A stretch of 64,000 bases of DNA, from NCBI GenBank assembly GCA_002633005.1, contig NMRA01000498.1, forward strand, positions 113,772 through 177,771, in the 5' to 3' direction. Each line of letters starts with the position of its first letter. Within the stretch, counting starts at the first letter, position 1. A model generated the notes under the pieces. The model saw nothing but the letters and a program-made list of their open reading frames with translations, had not been told where the DNA came from and did no database searches. Positions 22,869-36,600 of this stretch are shown piece by piece. This stretch comes from Phoronis australis. Lineage: Eukaryota > Animalia > Phoronida. Position numbers and translations under genes: made by a program.

Positions 22869-25800
22869 TCAAATCATTGGCAAGAACATATCTGCACAGT
22901 CTTCAAAGTTCAGAGGTGGGAGGTCAAGGGTGTTGAGTTCAACATCTGGCAAACAGAGGTCATTCTTGTCGCACTCTCGGGGATCTGAAACAAGTGTCCA
23001 TAGGTTAGACAATTAGTGTACCCCAAAAACACTAAGTATCAAAATCTCCCTTTGCTTGCACAGACCACCCACACACAACAAATGTACACTAGAGCCATCG
23101 ATACATTATACTAAGCATAAACAAAGATTTGAAATTCACTGATCATATGTTAATGCCATTCAATCATCTCGTATGAGAAATCAAATTCAGTTGTAAACAA
23201 TTACACTGATGTGACATAACTTGTCGGGGTCAATCAACTGCTCACTGCTAGTAATCAAATAAAGCAATTAAATAAAACTTAAAGAACTAAAACCATTGTC
23301 GGTATTCTCCTGACAGTGTTGCAAAATGGAAATCTTGCATTTACTGTAGAAACATGATATCAAATTTGCCATGACTGTTGTTTTTAGTAATTCAGGGCTA
23401 CACTTCAGAATTCTAAGTACCACAGTATCTCAAAAGTGACCGCTGGTTTGCATAATGGGCAAGGCACTCAAGGTGCTCGAGAATTCTACAGTGGTTAACA
23501 CTATTAAAGTAACAAAAGATCTGAAGCAAATGAGTAGCTGCAAGTCACTTCTCGCCAAAGATTCAGTTGTTATCGTGCATTCTCCCAGCAGGTCTACAAC
23601 ACTTATAAATATGAGACCTGGAAGAGACAATGAAACCCTTGTTCAGGCTGTGCTACATATTTAATTGAGATGACAAGGTCTGTTCTGGCATACTACACTC
23701 TTACCTGGCATGGGTATCTCCTGCAGTGTGTTGAGGTCATCCCACACGTCTCTCGCTGTACTCTTCGTAGAGTTTCCCTGATGGAAGCTGTATAGGTCAG
23801 GTCTCCAGTTTACCACGTCGTGGATGAATGAACTGGGCCTCTTGTTCACTGGAAGGATGTCCTCGTAGGTGTCTGGAATAAGCGAAATGTCTCGGTAATT
23901 GGCACAGCGCTGCTCTAAGTTTAAACACTTTTACAATGTAAACTTGTGGACAAGGTCTTGCATAACTTAAAAGTTATGCAAGACCTTGTCCACAAGTTTA
24001 CATTGAAATATCTACAAAGCTTTTGAATTCTACTCAGTAAAAGTATGTGTTATCTGAAGGCAGAAAGCCAGTAAAATGATTTTTGACCATATATTTTTAG
24101 TAAAGTTTAGCAAAGGTACATTCATTGCAAAGCAATGGTATCAATAACCAAATTTTGTTCATTTATTTTGGAATCTCAAAAAGACGTTACAGTTTTCGAA
24201 ATCATTACATTTTTGTTTATGCAGACTTTGGAGAACAATGCACAATAACCATAATAATGTTTCGAATTAAGCCAAATTAGGACATTTGTCTATGGTTTCA
24301 CATAATCTTAAGCCGCAGACCAATAAAAATGTGGTACCATTTGTACTAATAAAATCAGTGGGAATTTGGCTACAAGGGAGGAAATGACAGGTGTATTGTG
24401 GCTGAATAATAAGTGATCTTTTCTACTGCTGGCAAAACCTGGGCGGTTTAGTTGAAGGCAAACTCTATTTTAAGCATGAATCTATTTGGCTTACATGTAG
24501 ACGGGTCTACATTTAGAAACCCCTGCGCTTGTGACCGGAAAACTTTTTTTGAGACTTGACCAATCGCAGCACGTGAACTTGACAGATTTCTCAAAGTGTA
24601 GCACACGATTTGTCAATTTTCGAGTCTAGTCTCGAGTAAAATTTAATGTTCACCAGCACTGGTAAGTGGTAGCATCTACTAATTTTGGAGTCGATGTCTA
24701 GTCCTAAACAGCTGTGTCTAACTGTTACTTACCAAGTAGATCTGGCGTAATGTGCATCTGTTCAATGTCATCGGCAGTTGGAACTGTTGGTACCGTCAAC
24801 AGAGACGCTTTGACATCAGGTTTCACAAAGCTCTGGAAGGAACAGGTAGTGCAATGGGAGACAAAACTATATGGCACGTAGCCAGGTGCGTATATTATGT
24901 AACAAATCGTGACGATGATAATGCAAACGAGTGTAAATACTGCAGCAGGGAAGCTGAACCACTAAGCTAGCAAAAGCATATTCAAAGACAGAAAATAAGA
25001 TTTTTTCAGGAAAATCCTAAAATGCTTTAGTCAGTTCAAAATGCATTTTGCGCGAGTTCATAGTACACACTTCCACACTGCATACAGTGTTCATTGGAGT
25101 GTCACAGCTTTGGCAGTTTTTCAGCAAGTCCTCTCTGTATGAAGCTGCACAAAGAAACTGAGTTTTTTGAGAGCAGAAAATACATTGTAAGTTAACGGAT
25201 AAGATGTATTATAATTATGTTGTTATAAAGTAGTGCGTTCATATCATATCAGTAAGAGTAGTGTTCATGTTCGTTCATATCATGTCAGTAAGAATTAGTA
25301 GTGTTCATGTTCGTTCATATCATGTCAGTAAGAATTAGTAGTGTTCATGTTTGTTCATATCATGTCAGTAAGAATTAGTAGTGTTCATGTCCGTTCATAT
25401 CATGTCAGTAAGAATTAGTAGTGTTCATGTGCGTTAATATCATGTCAGTAAGAATTAGTAGTGTTCATGTGCTTTCATATCATGTCAGTAAGAATTATTA
25501 GTGTTCATGGGTCCTGGATTTGCACTTTGGTAGGGGCAGAAATCTTCAGACATATCTATTTAATAGTTCACGTGATGTGATCAACATGTGGTGTATAAAT
25601 TATAACTTAAAAGATTACAATTTTTTCCCTAAATAACACAATGTGTTCCAATGTAAGAAATGGTTAACATGTATGTTTTTGTCCAGCAGGGTTCACTGTA
25701 GAAAAATATCGCAATGATTCAACTCTCCAACAACAGCGTGCATGTGCCACTCACCTTCCCAGCCATTTGCAATGCAGGGGCCTTCTTCATGGACGGTACT

Positions 25801-26451
25801 CTCTGTCTGTTCTTTACACTCAGTTCACTCTGTGAGGCAATCCTCTGAATGTTGTTCACGTCCCCCAAGGCACGCCGGGGGGTGACGAGGTTCTTCTGGA
25901 CATTCTTTTGAATATTTTTACCCACTGCAATTGCATCAAAGGGAGAACATGAAGTCTTGGTTAACAAGTAGGCAAAGACTGTTTGGCAAGAGCAAGGTAT
26001 ATTTTTACTTTTGACATTGATTTTACATTATCAAGACCTTGCAGAAAGCAATTATCAAGAGGTACAAGTCTTTTGTTTAGCTCAAAGTAAACTGCCCTAT
26101 AACACTAAACACAAGAAAATTGGAAAGCAGGTTTGCATTCCATACACACGATCATGAGAAAAGGTAGTGATCAGTACTTCGCTTATAATGCATGGCATTA
26201 GGTTGCGAAAGACTTGATATAAGTAAGTGTTTTCGTGAGTTTCTTGCACGCATGGAATGCATGTCAGGTTTGTCCAATCTGTGTGGGACAAAAACATGAT
26301 CAGGATAACTGCAGGTCAGAGGTCACTGCCCACCTGTCCCGACTACCTCACCTGGGGCTGCCTTCAAAGGACCGCCAATTGGTGCCTTCAGTCCCGTTCT
26401 AGAATTTGTGTTCTCCTGGTCAACATATGGACGAACATTAATCGCAGCCAT
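22869..26451 (-). CDS. PTTG1: Securin (PTTG1-like) separase inhibitor, ~217 aa
   Basis: Coding exons 26451-26352, 25924-25755, 24832-24733, 23872-23705 and 22984-22869. All are GT-AG, phases are consistent and the total is 654 nt. N-terminal MAAINVRPYVDQEN resembles vertebrate YVDKEN. There is a D-box RRALGDVNN, then DDIEQM...DTYEDILP (cf. EIEKF...ESFDLP), and an acidic Pro-rich tail LDLPPLNFED. Orthology is inferred from motif order. Confidence 0.78.
23934..24005. repeat. Perfect 72-bp palindrome in a securin intron
   Basis: Arms of 35 bp (CAATGTAAACTTGTGGACAAGGTCTTGCATAACTT) with a 2-nt AA loop. Confidence 0.95.
25231..25509. repeat. 40-bp minisatellite, about 7 copies, in a securin intron
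   Basis: gtgttcatg recurs at 25261, 25301, ... 25501. Confidence 0.95.
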
Positions 26452-26760
26452 TGTCAAGCAACGGTGAGCTGAAAAGAGGAAAATCATTCATGAAGGCAAA
26501 TTTATCTCAAACAGAATTTCTAGTGTTCTGTAAGTAAATGGGTTAAGCTCATATTCTGTTTTGAAATTGTTATCCATGAGTTTTCCAGGACATAATCTTG
26601 GTTTTCCATGTTATCTCACCTTCATAAAAGTAGACCAGTGGCAATAATGATTTTTGCCAAGTCCACACAAAAACTCAAAAATGAGTGGTAGCATTGTGCT
26701 TATCTTAAGAATAACAAGAGCAGCACAAAGCAATGAAATGCAAGTGGAGTCTCACCAGCA

Positions 26761-26897
26761 CTAGTCAGATATAACAGTCCCTGATTTTTGCGATTGAGAA
26801 TCAGTTTCATCCAATGAATAACAGGCAGGGCATTAGTCATTACTCAGTGATTGCCTGTTTCTCAATCTCAAAATCAGGGACCACTATATCCGACCAG
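26761..26897. mobile_element. MITE with ~44-bp imperfect terminal inverted repeats
   Basis: Left end ctagtcagatataacagtccctgatttttgcgattgagaatcag versus reverse complement of the right end ctggtcggatatagtggtccctgattttgagattgagaaacag. Confidence 0.7.
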
Positions 26898-27389
26898 AGC
26901 CAGCTTCACTGTTTCCAAGACCAAGGTTGGTTGTCTAAAGGGCCTGGGCATGTTCGAAACGGTGGTCACTATCTAGTAAAGGGCTTGTGCAGCCTGTGGC
27001 TGGTGGAACCTCAGATGTCTAAAAGTCAACCTCTGGCTCTGTCTGAGGACGTGCAAAACCTATTGTCACAGAATTTTTCAACTTTTCAAAATTATAAAAG
27101 CATGAAAATTTTGTGAGAAAATAGATAAAATTTGAGTCTATTACTGGAATAAAACTTGCTAGTTACTTTGAATAATTTTAGTACGTTTCATTCCACTATA
27201 AACTTAATAAAGACTCAAATTTATGCTTTCACAATAATAATGTGAAAAGATGTCGAAAACCTTCAGTTGTAAGAACTTATAACTTAACCAGATTAATAAT
27301 CAATATTAACAACAAGATCGGCTGACAGTGACAGAACACACAAGTGACAAGTCTATTCTAAATGAACAACAAACAACCTTCACACACGA

Positions 27390-27500
27390 TGAAAAGTCGG
27401 GAAACGCTTGTGCAGCTTTTGTAATCCTCTTTCCTTGAACTTCGCGGCGTGAAATGAAATTGGCCAATGAGAAACGTTCACATAATCACGTGCATGTCAC
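27390..27500. promoter_or_regulatory. Putative bidirectional promoter between securin and NAGK
   Basis: Lies between divergent genes and is locally CpG-rich. Contains E2F-like CGGGAAA and TTCGCGGC, CCAAT (ggccaatga) and CACGTG. A likely securin 5'UTR donor is at ~27260 on the minus strand. Confidence 0.5.
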
Positions 27501-27667
27501 CGAGTGTCCGTTCCAGTCACCAGGTAGCGTTGTCGTGTGGGGATTACTTCTACTACTCATGCCATTGCCCTGGCACACTGACAACAACACGAATCTGTTT
27601 CAGTGGTTGGCATTGATAAATTGGTTCCAGGGATTTGTTCTTCAATATTACCTACTCACTTAAAAAA

Positions 27668-30600
27668 ATGTCTGACTATTTCGGAGGAATAGAAGGGTAA
27701 ATTTGTTTCGATGTTATTAAGGCTTCGCCAGTATGATTTTCTTAAATTGGCTGTGTTCAGTACTTTCCTAGTCCCAGACTCAGTAGTGAGTGTGGCTCGG
27801 ACCCTTGTGCCCTTGTGGACTCGGGCTCGGACACTGAGACAGTACCACCATGGCACCAATCTCAGCTGGCCCCAGTGGAGGTGGTGATCATCCCAGACCC
27901 GCCATTCATTGGAAGCTTTTCGGTGAATTATACTTCACACTGATTAAACCATCAATGTCATGCTAAGTTGGCCTACCTTTTAGGCATAGAGGTACACCTT
28001 TCAAGAAGCTGTTGGTGTCTTCAAGTTTAACTCTTCCCAGCTTGAACTAATATTCCAGCATTCAAACGTTTTTTCAAACAGTCCTTGGTTCAGGTGACCA
28101 TTTTTACACTGATCATGTCAGGGGGCATGACGCTGTCTTGGAGAACCAGTTTCATCCACTGGATGATGACTCCATTATTCAGTTTTTGCCTGCAGTTCTC
28201 AAAATCAAGGGCCCATTGTCAGTATTCGACAACTGCTATGGCACCGCTCTACTTTTGTTTATTCAAAACAAATACGGATGTGCTCATGAGAGTGAAATCA
28301 AACATTGCAAGCCCCATCTCTGTTGTCAAAAGGCCTGTTTATCAGAAAATCGGATTCTATGTTTTGTAGGACCAACTCTGCTTTTAACAAAATATTAGCA
28401 TTCATTCTACTACAGATTTTAGAGCAGTGGAAAGTCTGATATTTGACTTTACCAATCTTTTGTCAATTAGTTCACATGACCGTGTTTTTTTAGTAAAATT
28501 TAACAAAAAGGAATGGTACATTGATAACAAAACTACGATATCAATAACATGATTAAGTTTTATTTGATTCAAATGTTCAAGGTCAGATATCAGAAATGCT
28601 GTTACAGTTTTCTAAAATATCATTTCATTTCTGTTTTATGCAACTTTATGTAGGACCACTCTGCTGAATTTATTATATCAGTGTGAAAAAAACCTAATTG
28701 TGAGTGGATTTTTTTTTGTTACACACTCGCGCAGTGGAATGAGTACACTGATTGACTGATTGGCCAGTCAGGATGCAGCTGTGCCGTTATCACTTTCACA
28801 GTGACAAACCAATGTTTACATAGTCCATCTCTCTTATTGTCTGCTTTCATTTGATGTTCATGTAATCCAGCACTTATGTTGTAAACAGCCGCGCCTGATG
28901 CTCACCAACATTTAAAAATACTACCGGTATTTGCGAACACCTTTCAACAAATGCCGTGAAGGAGATGTGTTTTGTATGAAATACTTTCATCAAAAAACTG
29001 CAAATGGAGAAAAATGGTTAACTTTCAGAGAAATTAGACTTAACTTTCACCTGTTCATCCTTTGTGTGACTGCAAGCTCAGACCAGCTTGACCACAGTAT
29101 GTGTGCCAGCACAAAAGGTGTGCTTAACAAGTTAAATATGTGTGATTCTAGATTAGATCGTAATAATGGAAGTTTCTGGATTTTTACACTCTAGGAGAAT
29201 GGTACATAAAGACATTTCAAGACCATTCTTGTTTTACCATTTCAGGGGAGCTACCAGCTCTGAGATGGTACTGATGAAGTTAGATGGCACCATTGTTGCC
29301 TGGAGCAGTGAGGGCAGCACCAACCATTGGGTATGCAGTAGGAATCATAACAAGTTTGTACATATGTGTGTTCACCAGTCTAATATTTAGTTGGCTTCTT
29401 TGGGTCAATATTGAACGATGCAAGAAAATTGCGGGATAAAGTAAAGTGTTGAAAATTTTCTCAGGAACATTTTTCTCATAAAATTTGCCAAAGCATGCTT
29501 TCAATTTGAGAGTACTAGTAAAGAACCTAATTTTCATTTTTTGTGCTCATGTTTGGCCAAAATATAGAAAAGCACAATCATGTAATTACAATCATCTAGC
29601 TATTGCTTTTTGGCTAAGATAAGAGTCTGTGATTGTCAAGAGTTTTAAAAATGTATTCTTTTATGGATTAATGTTTAATAAATAATGAAAGCAGCCTAAC
29701 TTAAGACAGGAAAATTGTTGTCTTTTAAAGTACAAGGCTTAAAGCTGCTATATACCTGAGTTCCAATAAAGTAACCAAGTTTTGATTTAGGCCCCTTACC
29801 ACTTTACCTGTTTCCTCCTCAGATAATTGTTTATGGGAATTTTTTTACTGAGGCAAGGTTTGTAGTCAGGTTGAATAAATGTGCACTAATTTATCCATTC
29901 TTTTCAAGTTAGTTGGTGTTGAGGAAGCCTGCCGTCGCATAAACAACATGGTGGAAACTTGTAAGAAGAAGGCTGGACTGGACTTGGGCAAGCCAATCAG
30001 AGCTTTGGTAAATGCAACCTGCGGTAAAATTTCCAGTTTTGGGGCAGTGAAAATTTAATTATTTTACTCCTCACAGTTGGAGTTTTTATAAAATTTTAGA
30101 ATAGACAACAACGACCGTCCCAAAGTTAAGAATCATGATCAATGACGAACGATCAATGACAAATGATCAATCACTTTAATATAATTGCACACTATGTGTT
30201 GGTGGCTATATTCATGCTGTGTTGATGCAAAACATAAGTCCTGGAACATTTGACGAATATGATGAATGCTAACACTTGCCCTAGTCCTAGTTAAGAATCG
30301 ATAAAATTTAATTTTATCTTAAATTTTATAGAGTTGGCCTTAGTAAAGATTTTTCCCCATCTATCTTGTATTCTGTTTTTCATGACTTTTTATCATTGAG
30401 TTTATGTCAGTATGGTCTGTGACAATCATTATCTATGGTACAACGGTTAAAAGGATGAGACATATACATCATTTCTTTTAGTTGTTATCTCACTGAACAC
30501 TTGCTTGTCAGCTTATTCAGTTTGCACCGTGTGATAACCAAGGACTAATCTTTTTTTAACTGGAATGTGTAATAGATAACTTTTTGTTCTTTGAGTTTTC

Positions 30601-33600
30601 AATTTTTTTTAAGTTTGCAAGTCACGTGTCTACTTCACATCAATATAATTAAATTTTCTTATTGTCGGATATTATTGTAACTTTTATGTGCTTCAGACAT
30701 GATTAGTTGGTGTTGACAAAAATCTGTCAACTAATTAGTTTGTTCAACTTATTTTCCTTTTGCCACACAACATGTGCCTGTCTCATTGAACATCATATAA
30801 CATAAAACCATCCATTTCTGGGCATTGTAAAGACCTGCAGTCCATTACATGAAGTTTTTTGGTCTTAACCTGAAATTGAGCTAACTTAAGACTAATCTGT
30901 ATGGTACACATTTCGTAAAATTTGCGACCAAAAGTTAGCCTCCCGGTTGTTGTAGCTCTTGGTTGTTTCTCTATTTCCAGTGATTAATTTTTCAGTTTTT
31001 CATGTTCTAACTTGCCGGAGTTCTCAAATTCTGCCACCATTGACCAAATTCTTCATATAAAGCTGATTTAAAGTTGTTGTCCACTAAAGAAAAAGTACTT
31101 AGTCTATACTTTGGATTTAGACCACTTATCACAATACAATTGGTAAAATATCGCCAATTTTGGACAACAGAAATAATTGCTCAAGATTTTGTTTTTCATT
31201 TTTCAAAGGCTTCTAACATTGTTATGAATGTCCTCAAAATCTCAAAATCCTTGCCTGAGAGTTGTTGTGTCATAGAGTTTATTTGGGGCTTCTTATGAAA
31301 AAATGGAAAAACAAAACTTCACTTGACGACCAGATTGTGTCCTGAATTGGTAAGCTTTTATCGTTGTTTGAACTCATTGGCTACTATGGAAGTGGTTTGT
31401 TGACTTGGAAAGCACTGACAACTTAGAGTCTGATCACAACATATTATCACCGGTCATGACTCGCCAACTTATTGGGCCTGCTTTCTGGCAGTGAACTAGT
31501 CATTCTTACAAAATCACATCTAATTTGCCTAAGGAACCAGTTGAGACCATTACGAGAAGTGATCTGAATCAACAGCAGCTATTTTTGAGAGAAAGACTGG
31601 TGCATTTACACCTGCTTTATAAATAGATGTTGTAAAGTTGACCTGGGGTCAGTAAAGTTAGTGTTCACCTTAATGATACTGGTGCATTCAGGTTAAACAC
31701 CAGTGTTTGTCCAAGGCTGCATTTTTGCGCCATTTGACCTAACCAAACTGTAAAGACGCAAATTGGCTTGATGAGTGTGTCGCCTTGGACGCAACTTTTT
31801 GTTCAAAGGTTGTGATATTAAATAAAACCCAAAACAGATGAAAATTATTTGGTAACATTCTTTTCTTTGATGACCATACCGTACCTTTCGTTCCATAATA
31901 GGATCGCTAGATTTTTTCATTTCTGAAGCCAAACCCATGACATCATTGCTCCGTAAGTAGGTCAACACAATATTCTGTTACAATTGGTCCAATAGGGGAT
32001 AGGCTCAATCACACAGTCGCACAAACAGAAGATTGTTATTAAAAATAAAGCTTGTGTCGTACTTTGTAAGTGTGTTTTTAAAGATTTTGGGACTAAGTAT
32101 CATGGACCCCAAAAAATTTAAATGGACCTCAAAATTATTAGGAGGTGGGTCCACTGGACCCCAGTTTTTGGAAGAGTAGGGCGAACACTGTAATACTGAT
32201 GATAAAGTGACAGTATTGACACTAAAGTTTGTGTTAATGCTCCAGGGTATGTCACTCAGTGGAGGAGATCAAGTCGAGTCTCAAGGGAAAATCATTGACA
32301 GACTAAAGAGTGCACATGGCAATGCGGCTGGGAACTTCTTTGTGTGTAACGATACTGTGGGCGCTATATACACTGCCTGTAATGCAGGGGGTGAGTTGGG
32401 GTTTACATTGTATGTAATACTACAGAGGGCACTGTATACACTGTAGTGCAGGGGTGTGAGTTGGAGTTTACATTGTATGTAATACTACAGAGGGCACTGT
32501 ATACACTGCCTGTAGTACAGGGGGTGAGTTGGGGTTTACATTGTGTGTAATACTACAGAGGGCACTGTATACACTGCCTGTAGTACAGGGGGTGAGTTGG
32601 GGTTTACATTGTATGTAATACTACAGAGGGCACTGTATACACTGTAGTGCAGGGGAGTGAGTTGGGGTTTACATTGTATGTAATACTACAGAGGGCACTG
32701 TCTACACTGTAGTGCAGGGGAGTGAGTTGAGACTACAGTGCATGATGCTTGTAGTGCAGGATTAGTTGGAATTACAATTATACCTGAAATTGATCATAAG
32801 TTATGCCTCACCAAACTCCTCAAAACATCCCAGCGTGTGTTAGCAATCTGATGAAAGGCACTTTGGACTGATGGAAACGGGCCACTTTGGCCAAAACATG
32901 CCTTGAATGTAACGCTGTTAACTATAAGATCAATGCATCAGTCCCTATGGAAGTACTGGTGAACAATGCTGAATGTAATTACATCGTTTTTGGTTAATGT
33001 TTATCATATTTTTGGGGGAAAGCGGTCCCAAGCTAACTTTTCAGGAATTCAATTTCACAAGCCAAATACAGTTAAAAATCATTAGTTTCAGTATACTATG
33101 TTCACTTACAAGTTATTTCAACCAGTGTTTTATTGTCCGTAAAGACATCGCTGATGCTGTAATTGCTCTGCTGCACACAAAAAACCACTTGGATCAGTGC
33201 TGGTGGCAAGGGTGACTGACGACAACTATGGCAAAGTCTCACTAAAAAAATTTCGGACACGACGGCGGACAAGTGAAAATTTTATTCGTGACTTTTGATT
33301 TTTGTCCCATGAAATATTACACGTTCAAGGTTTGTACCATGGCTGCCACCAGACAATCTATTTTGAAAAATTATTGACATTTACAACAATGTTTTAAGCC
33401 CTTGAAAAGAGAAGATATAGTTATTTTGGTAATTATTTTTTACCAAGATTTGCGAGACTTTAGTGTAGTGCAAGGTGCCGTGAAAGGGCGCGAGTTTCTA
33501 ATCAATGTTACTGCCACTGTTCTGTAATCCTCTTAAATTGTTGTTATAATATTGAGCAGGAGTTGTACTCATCAGCGGCACAGGATCTAACTGTAACCTG

Positions 33601-36600
33601 ATCAATCCGGACAAGTCATCGTTCAACTGTGGAGGTTGGGGTCATATGTTGGGAGATGAAGGTTCAGGTACGTGAAACGAACATGTTAAATCTACCATAA
33701 CCTGCGTTCCATCAATGAGAAATAAACTAAAACTTTCAATTTGTCCCTAAAGCTTGTCTGCACCATGCTGTAAACATCCGCTTTAAATGAGATAAGGATT
33801 GATTTGGAGAAATCTTTTGAACTTGTCCAATGTCATGTGGTCAGTCTGACATTTTCTATCTACATTCCAATCTCACTGGGGAGGCTAGTCATCAACAGAG
33901 TGACTATTCACTAGGTCACAGGGGGATTTACTGTTTCTTATCAGATCAAATCTAAACAGAAGGCTTGAAAGCATACAGGCTCTAATTTTACCTTTCTTCT
34001 TGGGTCATGAAAACTGATTGAAACCATAAAATCTAAATAGAGGAGTAAAAATTAAACTATGTGGGTTCTTGAATTGGTCACTGGCAGGTAATAGGTTTAT
34101 TAACAAAAACCCAAGCCTCGAACTATTCATTGGAAAGCAGTTTCCAGCATGGCTTTATCAGCTGATTATACACATCACTAACACACGATAGAAGCTGTGC
34201 CTGAAACAATGTGGATATAACCTGGTTGTGATAAGAAATCTTGTTTAAAGGGCATTTTCATGACATGACCAACTTTAATTCACATATGACTTTGGTAGGC
34301 CTGTCTGTGCACATGGTTTTGTTGTGTAGGACATTGTATACGACTCGAGAAGTGGTGAGGGAACACTTATCTTGACAGTCTAATAAGCAATGATTTATCA
34401 TAGTGTAGAATGTGACTCCTGGGCTTGGAAAGAATTATGACTGTTCATTTTAGAATGACTCCTGCATGCTCGCTGCATAAAATGACTCACTATGACCATA
34501 TATTAGAATAAGACGTGCATGCTTGCTGCATAACATGACTCACCATGATCACATTTTAGACCCAGGTCTTGAGCAATAAATTGATGAACTGCTGTTTTCT
34601 CCGAGCCCAAAAGTAACCTCAAATATGAAAAACAAGTAAAAGTGGGACTTCACTCCAAAAAGAAGAAAGAATTTCCTGAGTAAAGTTAACGTGATAACAT
34701 GGTGATATCTTCTGAAGTCTTCTGTGTTCGCATGTTTCTTGAGTCTTCACCAAGCAAACCTGTTTTATTACATTAAGTGGTCTAAATCAAAAGATGTTTT
34801 CATGATGAAAAATGGGTTTAAAGTACCTTTAAGAAAACAGTGGTATATTATAGTGCACTGCACAGTTTAAGGTGAAATGGAAACTGTAGGGTCTGTCCAA
34901 CAAAGCCGTTATTTGTACTATTCAACTATCATTATATGCAAATAAAAGTTCTTCAGTTTGCAGTTTCATGGTCATTGTTTTTGACTCAATTGATATCATC
35001 CAATTACACTTGGTAACATAGTGAGACCCAACACTTTTTTGAAACCTGCAGTGGTTGTGTTTGTTTTCGCAGCCTACTACATCAGTCACCTGGCCTTGAA
35101 GACCTTGTTCGATGCAGACGACAACCTGTTTCCCTGTGACCTTGACCTAACCTTTGTGAGAGAGGTCATGTGTAAACATTTCAAGGTACAACCTTATACA
35201 TTTGTCACTAATGTATGAATAGCAACATTATGCCTGTGTAAGAACAAGTGGTCCTTCCCAGGGGGAACCCAAGTTGCATAATTGCTGGGGTGTACAGCTG
35301 CCACACATGTACAACTTCGTTTGAGATTGCTGCCAGTTTTGCAGAGCAAAATACAATTAACAGACTTCCAGGCTCCGAATTGCTGGAAAGGTGTAATTGA
35401 TCATCATGAGTTCAATTCAGATAATAAATAAGTCTTAAACTGTTTTCATATATTTTACACCAGAGCCTGTTATAACTGCTCTGTGGTTTGTGTGTTGGAG
35501 TTGCAACCAAAGGGTCAAAGTTCAATCCTTCCTTCCTGCAGTTGTATAGTTGTGCCCTCTGGTTGTGGTCACTTAAATCGCATTGCTCCAGTCGACTCAG
35601 ATGCATGAATTGAGTTCATGACACTGCTGGGAAGTCACATGCAATGGACTAGCTTCCAGTTTAGTGGCAGTTCAAGGACTAAGAAACTGGCCCCATGAGC
35701 CTGCTGGTTAACATGAAGGGTTTCATTTCTGTTAAAGTACACTTAAGGAGAATGCCACCCAAAAACAACCTATTTTGTATCAATTTAGATCGAGTAGTTC
35801 TACTCGATAACGGGACGTTCGGTTGCATTACCTGACGGCAGACGGAGGTGTGAAATTATCCAATGATGTCATTGGTTTCACACGCAGTCTGTTCAGCAGT
35901 TCACAACACAGGTTACCGGTGTCAGCTTATCGCTTGAATTCATCGTTTAACACCAAAAAATCATCACACATTGATGTAAAACCCTTAAAAATACACCGAG
36001 TTCTTACAAAAATGTGTTGTTTTATTTCGCTTTTACGGATTTATTGGTATTTGGACACACCGTAGCCTACAAAGTTCGGCAAGCCAATTTACCAAGGTGG
36101 CGTAGCAGGAGTTTGGGATCTGTTCGGAGATAAATTCAAAGTATTCTTCCATGAAATACAGAAAGGAATACTCAGATCTGTGTTGTTTAGACTTATGATG
36201 AGTTCTAAACACAGAACGCTTGTTATCCCGGCCAGTGGCTCGGAACCCGATCAGGGCCCGTCACGGCCGGACTGACTCGCTATCCCGGCCAGTGGCTCGG
36301 AACCCGATCAGGCCCGTCGCGGCCACCGGGACTGGCACGAACATAAACCAGCTTGAGTTATAAAGTAAACCTTCAGTCACGAAAAGACTATAATCATAGT
36401 GAGCCAAAGAAATAATGTGCACGTAATTATTTATGTGAATTAGCCACGAAACTGAAAATCTACTTATTGTCAGGGGCCGCGAAGTCAGGTTCCCCTTCCA
36501 CAGACCGTCAGGGCAAAGGTAGTGCAATAACAATAATTTGAATAATGTATTTGTATTTCTAAATAAAGATTCCCCTAACCATAGCATATAAAATCGTGCA

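Noticed and set aside
25506-25556. Extra securin exon ICLKISAPTKVQIQDP*
   Set aside because: Weak acceptor, no donor, and the main gene model is complete without it.
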